From NCBI GenBank assembly GCA_022813965.1, contig JALDZS010000057.1, positions 62,001-125,864 of the forward strand: a DNA stretch of 63,864 nucleotides. The letters are read 5' to 3'. Shown one piece after another: positions 12,329-24,624 of the stretch. The stretch's first letter is position 1; each line of letters opens with the position of its first letter. Source of the stretch: Toensbergia leucococca (Eukaryota). The translations under genes and the position numbers were made by a program. The notes below the pieces were generated by a model. The model did no database searches. It was not told where the DNA came from and was given only the letters and a program-made list of their open reading frames with translations.

Positions 12329-13379
12329 TTACATTTCCTCTTCCCCGTCCTCTTCCTCGTCGTCATCCTCATCCTCTTCATCTTCATCCTCGTCATCTTG
12401 GTCTGCTGTTTCTCCTTCTCTAGATCTCACATGACTGCCTTCATGCGCCAAGATAATTGGAGGGATTCTACTTTCTTCAGCAGTGGACGCCGGCGAGGAT
12501 GTTATGCTGTCTCCAAAGCTACTATTCTTCTCCATCTTTATGCTCTCGAGCTCGGTTTGAAGGTTGTCTTTCTCGGTTTTGAGGTTGCCAAAAGCGCTTT
12601 CAAGTTTTTCGTAATCCTTTTCGAGCGTTGTGAGCTTACGCTCGAGCTCCTTGATTCTTGCCTCTACGCAAGAGTCAATCACCTGTACAGGGGGCCATGA
12701 CTGGTCACACACCCACCTTTTCGATACCGGAAGGCTTTCTGGGCCGCTCTGTTCTGCGCCCGTCGCCTCTGAGATGATATAAGCTTACTAAAAACCAATC
12801 AGACAGCAGAACACTCACCTCTCTTGCTATCCCCTGTTGAGACTGCAGTATTACACCGCCCTCCTCAGCTACGCCGCCTTGGAAGACTTCGAGAGAAGCG
12901 TCCCGCTGACTGGTTGAACCCTGACCTGCAGGAGCTATGAGGTAACCCTGGCTTGGATTTCCGACGCTGCCATACTGTGGATCAAGCCCCTAGCCGATCA
13001 TTAGCCCTCCTCGTGGCAGAAGCCAAATCGTGACATAAGCCGCTAGGCATTGACGGGAAAGTTGAAACTGTCGGTAATGATTCATAGAACCCTCCTGAAA
13101 GATACAAAAAAGCCATGCCCTGGAAGAAGCTACCCGCCGTTGGACCTCTCCGAATCGAAATCACTTTGAAACGTGGCATTTGAATATCTCTTCGAAAAAA
13201 AATGGTACGAGTGCATCCTCCAACTAAGTCAAATGTTTTCATACCTCGAAAGGACCGTATCCAAACACTTCTGACGCTCCTTCAACACCCGAGGTAGCAT
13301 ATTGAGAGTCTTGGGGATCGCTGACTGTAACTGGGACTTCAGAGGGGTCGGTATAAGGTGGATAAAACTGCCTTCTCAT
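12329..13379 (-). CDS. bZIP transcription factor (AP-1/Yap-like basic region); 5' exon structure uncertain
   Basis: Small exon ~12717-12768 encodes RRRAQNRAAQKAFRYRK, spliced to EARIKELERKLTTLEKDYEKLESAFGNLKTEKDNLQTEL (heptad leucines) and an acidic tail; upstream exon ~12819-12989 is in frame; start 13379 is tentative. Confidence 0.75.
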
Positions 13380-16300
13380 TGTGCTTGTCTAGCTAATAGA
13401 AATGCTGACCGGGCTGGAGCTTGATGATAGATAAAAGACTAGAAATATTTGCTACGAGCCTTCTTTCTTCAGCTCTTTGAAGAAATTACACCGCCATTTC
13501 AAGGGAATTCTTTGGTACCAATCAGAATTACATACATCTAACATGGAGTTGTCGACCTAACGCAATGTCCGCAGAATCCTAACGCGGATGTGTCCATAGT
13601 CGTAGCCGTAAGGGGCTGAGATCGACGATAAAGCAGCGACGATGTACCTGTCGAAAGCTAACTTGGTCTTGTAATGAGGACTTGCCCCTGCCAACGAATC
13701 AAGAATGCTCTAGGGTAGTGTGAACAAAGGACCAAGGTAGCTGCAGGCTGCGGGTTACTTAGGTTGGGGGCCTATGGGGTCGAGCCCTTGACTGCTCCAA
13801 CTTGTTTCTTCCTCTACACCTTTACAGGCTAGGGTGTTCCGGTGAAGATTGGCTGAGCAGGCCAAACCGAGTAAAGCCAGCCCAGGAACTGTATCAGCCC
13901 TATTCTTGGCCACCGCTAAGGCCACACTACCGCTCTCATGATACCCCCCTCTGATTAGTAGTGTGACAGATTGATATGAAAGCTGAGGATTTCTAGGCAA
14001 CAGAAGAGAAAATATATAGATTTATGCCGGGCAGGCCGTCGGGACAGAACGGTAAACTGTCCGAAGGCCCGAGTACCCGCTGATAGTCTTGAAAGGCAAG
14101 AGGAAAGTACAAGCAAGAGCAGTAATAATCTCATGAGCAAGCAAGACAGAACTGATAGGCGCAGTTCTTGAGCCCGGCAGCAGGGAAGAACACTCACTGC
14201 TCCGGTCCCAAGTACCACATCATCGGTAGAAAAGGATTCTGACAACGTGGGAAGGGCATCAGAACCAATGAGATCCGTTACTAGGGTTCTGAAAGTGGCC
14301 ATTTGGGGCAATGACAGCTGTGGGATGAAGGATGGTTGACTGCCTTAACTCACCTCCCTACCACCAAGCTTCGCTGTACGTCAACCATGTTTTTGCTAGC
14401 GTCGGTCCTAACGGGTACTCGCAGTGTAATTACGCGTGCGACGGTGCGAGGTGCGACGTCGAGGATTGCAACACCACTACCCGTTTTGGTCCGAGTAGCA
14501 CTGTCGATCACCCTCGCCACTCCTTGGGGGCTGACAATTCCATCTCCATCGCCAGATTCCAGGATTCCAGACCTCATCCGACACACGCCGGCCGACAAAT
14601 GACTCACTAATCATTATACGACATGTACGAGTATTGATAGAAGAGACTAGAAGACCACTTCTAACCCGCCGTCGTTTTGTTGCCACAGCATCTGATGGAT
14701 AGAGTGCATTTCTCGGCCGAGTGATTATGAGCATCAGGTAGCGACCGAGGCCGAATGACAGCGTCTTGGCTGAGGAAGCCCAAGAGCCTTTGCCAGAAGA
14801 TTAGAAAGCATTTCAAGCTCTTGCGCGATATGTCATCAACTCACTTGACTGTGTTGCCTGAATGAGCCTTGGTGTGAACCCGTCTGTTCATGGATTGATT
14901 GGACGCTTGTGTCTTTAATTAAAATAGCCACTCCTTTCGCTATGGCATCTTTTCTGCTTCTTCTTCTCACTAGCAAGCCTTTTTTTCTTTGTAGGAGCCG
15001 AAAGAGTCGTCTTGGTTGTGGCTCATCTGACATCCGTGTTGGAAAGAAGTCTTCACGGTACCTAGACCACACGTCATCTAAATGTCTTCCGGACACCAAC
15101 TTGAGGCAGTGCTTCATGCTTGGCATAAAGAGAGGTAGTGTTTCGATCCTCAAGGACTTACTGTACACAAGACTCTCGATTGCTCTCTTTTCATGCCCTC
15201 AAATGCTCCATACAGTTTCCGATCCCTCATAGGGCCATTCTTAGGCTTTCGCTCGTGTGTGGTTCTTTATCCATCTGTATGTGAATGTCTCTATACCACT
15301 TCGGGCTCAATACACGCACGACAGTCGATATCTACGTATCCCAGGAGACTCCTTCCTCACAGCCAATGCAAGACGATCTGTTCAACCATTGTGCCCTCGA
15401 AGCCCCGAACCTATCGAATTTCCTATCTCGCTCTAATATAGCTCCTAGCATTGCAATACCACGCATTGTGGTCAACTTCAATAGGCCCCAAGTACAAGCC
15501 ATCTTGAAGATTAGAACAGAACCGAATACATAAGATCGATATAATGGCTTGCGTGCATTAGGAAGGCTAGCGAGAGAAATGAATTCCCGGATGAATGTTT
15601 TCTTTCGGTAGGTCCCCACCCAATATATATACGCAAACCGCCAAGAACCATATGCAGACCCGAGCACGGATTCAAGCATGATATGCAAAAGTCAAAACAC
15701 CCTACATTGGGGTATGCTTTTGCACTTGACCCACATATGAAAATTCGTCTGAATTCTCATGTAAACATGCGCCTATCTATCATCAATACGATCACACCAA
15801 CAAGCCATTCCCGCCTACAGAAGAAGAAACCCAAGCAATAATCTTTCCGACCCTATCAAGCAGCACAATCCGTCCTAGCAACCTTTGTGCAACCCTTGTT
15901 CTTGAGGACGTCATCGACCCCAAACCTAGATATTTCTCTTGCTACGAGGCATAACTCATGGTCTCAATTCAGGGCTCTCGCCCAGTGCCCATACGTCCGG
16001 CCTCTGATGGCGTCTCGTGGATTGATAGTTAGATTTTGAGAACACGACGAATTGATGGAACTGTTCATAAAAATTACGATATCATCGTAGGGCCTTCAAC
16101 ATACATCTGTCATCCCGCAATGCCAGATTGCATCAACATGTCTACCAAATTAATATCAACGAGTCTCTACATGATAATGACTGAACTTCAGTGACAAAGA
16201 AACAAAATGAAATGTATCGATTGAGTGCGGGAGAAGAGATATCGAAGAGAGAAGCATTCAAAAGTGCGAAATCAGAAGGAGACAAAGGGCTTTGAACGGT

Positions 16301-16949
16301 TGATACTATGGCATGAGGATCGTGAGCGAAGTTGGAAGAATTACATGGTTGATGGCCAATAGTTGAGTTGTATAGTATATACGTGGATTTCTCATGGTAA
16401 TGAAGTTTGAGGGACTAGAGACAATGGTTATAATGAACTTAGATCTTTGGTAGGTAGGTAGAAGATATCAATACAGCATTGATACAAGTCAGCATGGATA
16501 TGAATTTGATGTTTTGTTTGTGAATTAAAATCAGCTAACAGTCTGTTTGCATAAATATTGACTGCCAGTTGAACAAATCACTAAACAGAGTCAGATGTTG
16601 CAGTCTTTGCCTCAAGGCTGAGAATCTTGCTTGTGCTTCACAGAGACTCACAAGGAATTCAATTTGAGGGTTTGAAAGACAGAATCAGCAAGGAGGTTGA
16701 GTGATTGATGATTCAATAATCTAGCGTTAGGGTTAGCCCTTGCACGCTGGCTCGCTGGCACCTACCTACCCGAGCACGCCGAGGATACCTTACCTTAAGT
16801 TGTTTGTCGCTCGCATTAACATCGGCCCGAAAGCTCTTAATCACTTCTTGTTTAGGGAATGCAATGCCTTAGCAACGAACCACTGCTGACTACCCTTGAG
16901 TATCATCGTGAGACAATGTGCCGTAAGTGGGAAAGTACAATCTACTGTC

Positions 16950-19900
16950 ATGCACTTCATCAGGCCTGTCTGGCTCACCCACAGCGGCGAGAAGAAGGAC
17001 TTTGAGGTTTACAGCTGTCACGTCTCTCCTGATGGTACAAGGCTTGTCACTGCTGCTGGAGGTGAGTCGCATTTCTTGACTTACACGTCTTCATATGAGC
17101 TAAGAATGTATCTGCAGATGGCCATGTCCGAGTCTGGTCTACTGAGGCCATCTACAATGCCGCCGACGCTACTTTCACTAAGCCCAAACAGCTGGCCTCC
17201 ATGAGCTATCATTCCGGCACAATACACACTGTTCGCTTTTCTGCCAATGGGCGGTATCTGGCTTCTGGAGCCGATGATAAGATAGTGTGCGTCTACATCC
17301 TTGACCCAAGTCCTCCCTCTCACTCTGCAACATTTGGTACGTACGGTGCTGGGGTTGGTATGGGATAAGACGCTTGCTAATGGTGGGGAAAGGAACTAAT
17401 GAACCGCCACCTGTCGAAAACTGGCGCATATTCCGGAGGTTGATTGGTCATGACAATGACGTTCAAGACCTCGGCTGGTCGTATGACTCTTCTATTCTTG
17501 TTTCTGTGGGGTTGGATTCGAAAGTTGTCGTCTGGTCAGGGCATACCTTCGAGAAATTGAAAACTCTTTCGGCTCACCAAAGCCATGTAAAAGGTCTAAC
17601 TTTTGACCCTGCCAACAAGTACTTTGCGACAGCTAGCGATGACAGGACCATTAAAATTTTTCGCTTTACACCTCCGGGACCAAATTCCTCGGCTCACGAC
17701 CAAATGAACAACTTCATCCTAGAGAAAACCATCAATGCACCGTTTGTAGCGTCTCCGCTAACGACGTACTTCCGGCGATGCTCGTGGTCGCCGGACGGCA
17801 ATCACATTGCAGCTGCGAACGCGGTCAACGGTCCCGTCAGCTCGGTGGCCATCATAAATCGAGGTACCTGGGATGGTGACATCCATCTGATTGGCCATGA
17901 AGGCCCGGTAGAGGTATGCGCATTTTCTCCCAGACTATTCGCAAAGCAGCCTCCCAATAAGGGGAACATGGATGGCAAAGGCCAAACTATGCAACACATT
18001 GTGACCGTAATCGCTTGTGCCGGCCAAGACAAAGCATTGAGTGTATGGATTACGAGTAATCCTAGACCACTGGTCATTACACAAGATCTTACAGTGAAAT
18101 CAATCTCCGATCTTGCTTGGACACCGGATGGAAAGACGCTCTTTGTCACAAGCTTGGATGGTAGTATTCTTGCTGTTGTATTTGAGGGCAGTGAGCTCGG
18201 GTTCGAGGTTGGTCTGGAAGAGAATGAAAAATCTCTTGCGAAATTCGGTGCTGGGAGAAGAGGAGCCGGCATTATCGAAGGCACAGGGAGCCTGCTACTT
18301 GAGGAGAGAAGTAAGGAAGGAGAGTTGCGTGGTGTTGAAGGACGCATGGGCGCTCTCATGGGAGACAACTCCACATATTCGGCTGTACCGAACGGAAATG
18401 GGATATCGCCTCTTCCAAGTAATGCTCTTACAAATGGGGCAGGAATCCCACCGGACACTAATGGTGGACAGCCAAACAGTGATGCTGCAGAACGCGTCGA
18501 TGGACAGCCAGCGAAGCCTCCAGCTCAGCTTGATCCCCATGCTGCGAAATTGGAGAGCTTGAAGCAACGGGTCGAAATAACAAAGGATGGGAAGAAGCGC
18601 ATTAAACCGCTATTGGTCTCAGCCTCACGTGGCCAAGAGTCATCATTGCCACGGGCGCAATTGATGGCATCAACTGTGAATGGTCAAGGTGCGAAACATG
18701 ATGGTCCACAGACAATCCTTGATCTATCGAAGCCCTTCGATGGTTTGCCAAAGGGCGGATTGGCAGCGCTTTTACTGGGCAACAAGCGAAAAATTGCAGT
18801 ACTTGAAGGCGTTGAAGATGGCCATATCGATAAGAAAATCGCACTGGCCAGTCGAGATGGAGCAGTACCGATTTTAAGCAATACGGCTGATGGTCTTGTA
18901 CCTGCTCGACCTGCTAATGTCTCGATCGGCCAGCAGCCTACTCCCGATTTTATCAGGCCTGCCTTGACAAATCCGAGCCTAACCGTTAGTCAGGTGAGGC
19001 TGGCAGTACCGAAAGTTCGATCACACATTGTGCAGACTTTCGGAGGCACCACGGGTAGTACCCAGCCTGGACTTTCGCTCAACAGCACGACGGGTCCAGA
19101 AGCCACTGAAAGCAAAGCTGTTCAGACTGATATTATGATTGAAGCTCGTAACCCTTCCCATTTGCCGGCTGCCTCAAGACCACAGGACGGAGAGCCTTCG
19201 CGAGTCACGGTGACAAAACGAGGGCAACCAGTGTGGCAAGATTTCCTTCCCAGGAGCGTTCTCCTTGTCACAGGTAATAAAGACTTCTGGTCAGTAGCTT
19301 GTGAAGATGGCAGTGTCTATGCCTGGACTTCGGCTGGGAGGAGATCTATTAATGCTTTGGTACTGGAAAGTCAACCCGTCATACTTGAATGCCGAGATCA
19401 ATGGCTTCTCTGTGTTACGGGTGTTGGTATGTGCTACGTGTGGGATATGAAGACGCTCTCCTCGCCTCATCCACCAGTGTCTCTAGCTCCGATACTTGAC
19501 ATTGCAGCATCAAGCCTGCAGAATCATCCCACTCACACGCCAGCTATAACCTCGGCGCATGTCAACTCTGAAGGCCGAATTGTAGTCACGCTCTCAAATG
19601 GAGACGGCTATGCGTACTCGCCGCTGATGTATGTATGGCAGCGTCTGTCCGAGGTCTGGTGGGCAGTAGGTAGTCAGTACTGGAATACAACTGATTCGTC
19701 GGTCGGTAACCTGCAAGCTTCGTCTAATCAGACCAACAGCACGTCAGGTCACTCAGATGTCTCTGCTGGCATCATCCCGTACCTCGAGCGAAACACCACT
19801 AGTGAGACTCTACTCCGAGGGCGAGCCTACTTTCTCCAACGGCTCGTCAAGCAGCTGCTCTCAAGGGAGGGCTTCGAAGGCCTTGAATCGAGCGTCTCGA

Positions 19901-20338
19901 TGGCCCATCTGGAGAATCGAGTAGCAGCGGCCATGATGCTCGGGGCGAAAGAGGAGTTCCAAATCTATCTTTACATGTACGCAAAAAGGCTGGGTGCTGA
20001 GGGCCTGAAGACCAAGGTCGAAGAGCTATTACGAGTCCTGCTTGGTAGCATCTACGAGGACGATGAAGATGACAGCAGAACTGGGTTTCTTCCAGGACGA
20101 AATGGCGATGACAGGAATTGGGATAACATAACAGGCATGCTCTGTGGCTGGCCAAGACGAGAGCTCCTGAAAGGCACCGTCTTGATACTGGGTAAATATA
20201 CACGTGTTCAATGTCTTATGTTGTATCTAATGCACTGCAGGTAAAAACCGGGATTTGCAGCGCATCACCATGCCTTACGCCAATGCTCTTGGGATTTCAG
20301 GCGAGCAACAAGCGAGTGACGAGGTTATGCGTTCGTGA
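16950..20338 (+). CDS. HIR1: Histone chaperone HIR1/HIRA (WD40 + B motif + Hira domain)
   Basis: MHFIRPVWLTHSGEKKDFEVYSCHVSPDG; LIGHDNDVQDLGWS; ITKDGKKRIKP B motif; SMAHLENR; introns ~17062-17117, ~17337-17392, 20192-20240. Confidence 0.95.
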
Positions 20339-21083
20339 AATTTACTTTTGTATCAACTTGGCGTTCATGGTATACGATATCCACGGCGTGTCCTTCTGGG
20401 CGGAAATCTGGTGCCTGGTTTTGGCGACATTCAGCCCGTCCACTTTACCTTTCGCGCTTTGTCGGCGACCCTCGGGCTGTGGACTGAATCTGCTTTACTT
20501 ACAACTGATCTTACGAGGAGTGGCATCATATTACTGGCATTGCAATGTGGGCGATGGGCGAGGATATATTGCAGACAGGTGTAGCAGAATCTACTAAGAG
20601 CTACATAACTCTTGGTATTGGCCTCTTTGGATTTGGAATATGAAATAGCCAGGTGAGATTACTGGTTCAACGGAAGAAGTAAGACTTCCTACCAAAGATT
20701 CTCTATGTCCTTGGAAACACTCTTTCCCCATTTCCCATCAAGTAACGTGTGTAAAATGGCACATGGCATGGCATGCCTTTTCTTTGAATGTCAAATCCGT
20801 AGACCTATCATTACCTTACCTTACCATTACCTACTTTAGCCGAAGCGAAGCTTCTTAGGTCCAAAGGCACTCAATGAGCCATAATCACCTCATGCAGTTC
20901 AATCTACGACAGTAAGAACCATGTTTTCTTCCTCAAGCAAATACTCGTGCACTCTTTTCTCTACCTGATCGAGAGTATTCGCACCTCCATCGTTATTCCT
21001 TTATCCACCTAATCTCTCGACCACTTGATACTACCCAGTTGCTTCCTTCTCGCCAGCCCGCAACCTCGAATTTGCTTCCAAGT

Positions 21084-22837
21084 ATGGGCTTCCTTGAAAC
21101 CAGCGTGTTGAAGCTTTTCACTTCATCGACAAAAGACGTCTACTATGACAAATCGCCCAAGCTACTGGCAACACCACGACAAGCTTCCGTATCCAAATTA
21201 TCTCTGCCTTCGGGAGATTCTTCATCGTCCTCTGCTAGTTCTCTTTCCTCATCATCAACCTTCTGGATCTCTCCCAGAACGACACCCACATGCTGGTCAC
21301 CAAGCCGATATGTCCCTTTAAGCATCAGGAGTACCGTTTCGAAGAGACAAATTGCAGTGTTGTTCTGCTTGTTCCTGGCTCTCGTTGTCTGGGTTGTGCC
21401 TCCACCAGGACTATGGCGACGACGAATCGTCCACATTACCGTCACAGAGCCCGTGGCAAACCCATACCAAGCCCTCCGTCCTACCTCGCCGACAACAAGA
21501 AGAAATGCACCAGACCCGCAACATTGGCTGGAGCAAAATTCAAGAAACAAATTTGCCGTGACATCCGAGTCGAAGATCGTGAATTCGATCTCAAGACTGG
21601 GTCACGTCTCTATAAAACCTCGGGCCGCTCTGATAAGTCTAGTCCGTAACTCGGAGCTTCCAGGCTTGATACAGAGCATGCGCCAGCTTGAGTATCAGTG
21701 GAACCGTAAATACCAGTATCCATGGGTCTTCTTTAATGACGAGCCATTCAGCGACAAGTTCAAGGTTTGAAGAAATCCGAGCGTCAGATCCATCAAAGCT
21801 GACGTGGAATGCAGCTGGCTACCCAGAACCTCACATCAGCACAGTGCTACTACGAAGTTGTTCCAAGGGATCACTGGTCATTACCAGACTGGATTGATGA
21901 GGGCAGGTTCATGAACAGCCTCGAATACTTGGGTGCCATTGGCGTTGGTAAAGGATGGATGATAAGCTACCGGCATATGTGTCGTTGGAATAGTGGATTC
22001 TTTTATAGACACCCAAGACTACAGGATTTTGATTGGTACTGGCGTGTGGAACCTGATGTACGTATAAGGATCGACATAGAGATATGGAACTTCTGACAAC
22101 CCTCCAGGTTCACTTTTTCTGCGATATCGACTACGACGTTTTCCGTTTCATGCGTGACAACAGCATGAAGTATGGTTTCAACATGAACATCCTCGACGAC
22201 GCTCGCTCTTTTCCATCACTTTGGTCTCGAACCCGTTCCTTTATAAATGCGCACCCGGAATTGGTTCACCCAGAAGCTGATCTCGATTGGCTACTTGATC
22301 CACATAACAGCGGTGACTATAACAACTGCCAGTTCTTCTCAAATTTCGAGGTTGGTGATTTGAATTATTTTCGAGGTAAAGCCAACGAGAAATATTTCGA
22401 TTGGCTGGATAAAGGGGGAGGATTTTATTACGAGAGATTTGGTGATGCTCCAATTCATACACTAAGTGTTGCCATGTTTGTGCCCAAGAGCGAGATCTGG
22501 TTCTTTCGAGACATTGGGTATCAGCATGACATCAACAGGTACACTCCGAACTGACTCAAAGCTTTGGGAATCTCAGCTTACGGATGATTTCCTGCACAGA
22601 CACTGTCCTCCTCAATCCTCTCATCGATGCTCATGCGAACCAACATCTATGGATGAAAACTTTTACAAACTCGTTCCTCTCGAATCACCCCAGAAGAAGC
22701 CAGCTGACACCTGCATACGCCAGTTCTTAGGCGGCGACTGGTTGAATAAGAAGAGCGGATGGTCGCAAGAGGGGGAGAGGATGTTTGGAGGTGACGGGTA
22801 TCATGGATATGAATTGAGTGGGTTAGAAGAACATTGA
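21084..22837 (+). CDS. Glycosyltransferase family 15 alpha-1,2-mannosyltransferase (KRE2/KTR-like)
   Basis: Type II TM segment, RAALISLVRNSEL, YPWVFFNDEPF, SYRHMCRWNSGFF, YWRVEPDV, SNFEVGDL, GGFYYERFGDAPIH; three introns. Confidence 0.93.
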
Positions 22838-23256
22838 TGCATCGCGTAGGGGATCTGAGGGTTGATGGAGGCAATGGTAATTGGAGGATGATGGAAATTG
22901 TGGCATATGTGGATTCAAAGAGCTTCACCGGCCTGACGTCCCATCTTGCACGCGCATGTAGCCTCTTCATCGCTGCCAGATGTTTCCCTCTCTCTCTCGA
23001 TTGCTCTATCGTTCGTACATATTACTCACCAAGATGTGAAATAGAGGATCTCTTAGACGTAGCTTATTGTACAGCTATACAAGCTATTTACAACTTTCTG
23101 TTCGTACCACTTGATGCTAAAAAATGGTGAGTCTTTGTGAAGGTGGTGTTCTTCATATCAATAAATGGAGCAGGCATGAAAACGGCCATATAACAGGACG
23201 CCATCAACATCAAAAGCCGCAGGAAGGGTATAGCACAAATTGCACATCTGGCGCTC

Positions 23257-24080
23257 CTAAGGTGCAGGGGCTCGTTCACTGGTGGGTAATTTTCTCCCAG
23301 CGGTATCTCTCACTGAAGCCCTCCCGTTCCCACTTCCAACGCTACCCGGAGTGCCCGCATCTCTCTCCTCCCAATGTTCTTGGCCGTCGTCCCCCCCAGC
23401 CCCGTGAAAGCTATGTGAACGCCGTTGCTCCTGCCTCAGCATCGCCGACCGCTCATCATCCTCATCCTCTTCCAACAGCTCGCCATCCGCCGTATCATGA
23501 TCCGGTGGCGAGATCCACTCCCTCGGCACTACACAAGGTAATGCCACTCCAATACTTGCCGCCCGGTTCAGCCACGACGGCGCCGGCCGGCTCGTCAACT
23601 GCTCACACAGATACGACGTGAAGTGATTGCAATTATTACTCAGCAGATTGTACGACGTACCATGGAAACGCTGCGAGACTTCTTTGATGATGGCCTCGAT
23701 TTCGAGAGCGGGGCGGAAGGTGAATCCTTGCAGGATCTCGCACCGGAAGGTCCCGCCGGGGGGCTCGAGGTGCGGGCGTGTCCAGTAGACGCCTGAGGTA
23801 GAGGGTTGGGAGTGGCCGCCGAATGCGTATTCGTGGGATAGGGAGGGAATGTGCACGCCAGTGTGAAGAAGGGAGCTGCCGAGGAACCAGAGGGCGGAGG
23901 AGAGCTTGCCGGGCTGTAGGGCGGGGGGAAGAATTAGCTCAGGCAGAATCGAGGGATCGGGGGAGGGGTGTTTACGGGGAGGAGATCGTAGACGTTTATC
24001 AGGATTTCAGTCTTTCGAGCGGAGGTTGAGCGGCGAGAGAGGGAGGATTGACGGCTGGGTTTCTTCTTGGGTGGGGCCAT
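23257..24080 (-). CDS. PPPDE/DeSI-family (DUF862) deSUMOylase-like peptidase
   Basis: EILINVYDLLP / PGKLSS...LLHTGVHI...EYAFGGH...YNLLSNNCNHFTSYLC: catalytic His and NCN motif. Confidence 0.9.
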
Positions 24081-24268
24081 TGGAAAGGGGTGTTTAGGTA
24101 GGGTGATGATCTATTGCTGAGATGGAGGATTGAGAAGGTATATACAAGAATTGAGGAGCGAAGGCAAAGGAAACGACAGTGCTATATGGCTTATCAGCCC
24201 CGGCATGCGTGCATGTCAGCCAGCACATTGCACCAGAGTAGCCAGGCTAAGGCGAGCCAGGGGGCAGA

Positions 24269-24304
24269 TTAGGGCACTCGCTTAGCTGACAAGCTCAGCC
24301 CTAA
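24269..24304. promoter_or_regulatory. Inverted TTAGGGC...GCCCTAA pair in the divergent PPPDE/OLA1 promoter (Tbf1-like sites)
   Basis: TTAGGGC at 24269-24275 and GCCCTAA at 24298-24304; such paired sites are known from fungal ribosome-related promoters. Confidence 0.45.
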
Positions 24305-24624
24305 AAAGCGGAAGCTAGCACAGTATCGAAATCTTCTCGGGACCGCTCGACCGCATTGAATCACCTTCATCACTTGCCAATCCAGCTCCATGATCAATAG
24401 ATAGATCCACGTAAGAGAAGGACGACGATTCACCTCGTCCTGAATAAGTCCTCACCACGACTCTCTCCCATGCTTCATCACTCTTCACTTCAGTAATTTA
24501 TCAGTTTCAACGATCTGCGGCAAGCACTGCGATCGGATTGCTAGCCACCCCACCTCGACTTCCTCCGGCCCCGCCTTACCTCTCACTTCTCATCTTACGT
24601 ACTTTTGCGAGCAGCAGACGGAGA

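Noticed and set aside
9524..13379. Secondary-metabolite cluster around the enoyl reductase
   Set aside because: No PKS, NRPS or other backbone enzyme in the window.
13666..13682. TGTAATG hairpin resembling the fungal SRP RNA Alu start
   Set aside because: No helix 6 or helix 8 S-domain motifs found downstream.
14063..14110. Hammerhead-like CTGATAG-stem-GAAA arrangement
   Set aside because: Core deviates from CUGANGA and I could not build stems I and III with a cleavage triplet.
14836..16150. Cluster of short ORFs on both strands
   Set aside because: Multiple stops, no family motif, no consistent splice model.
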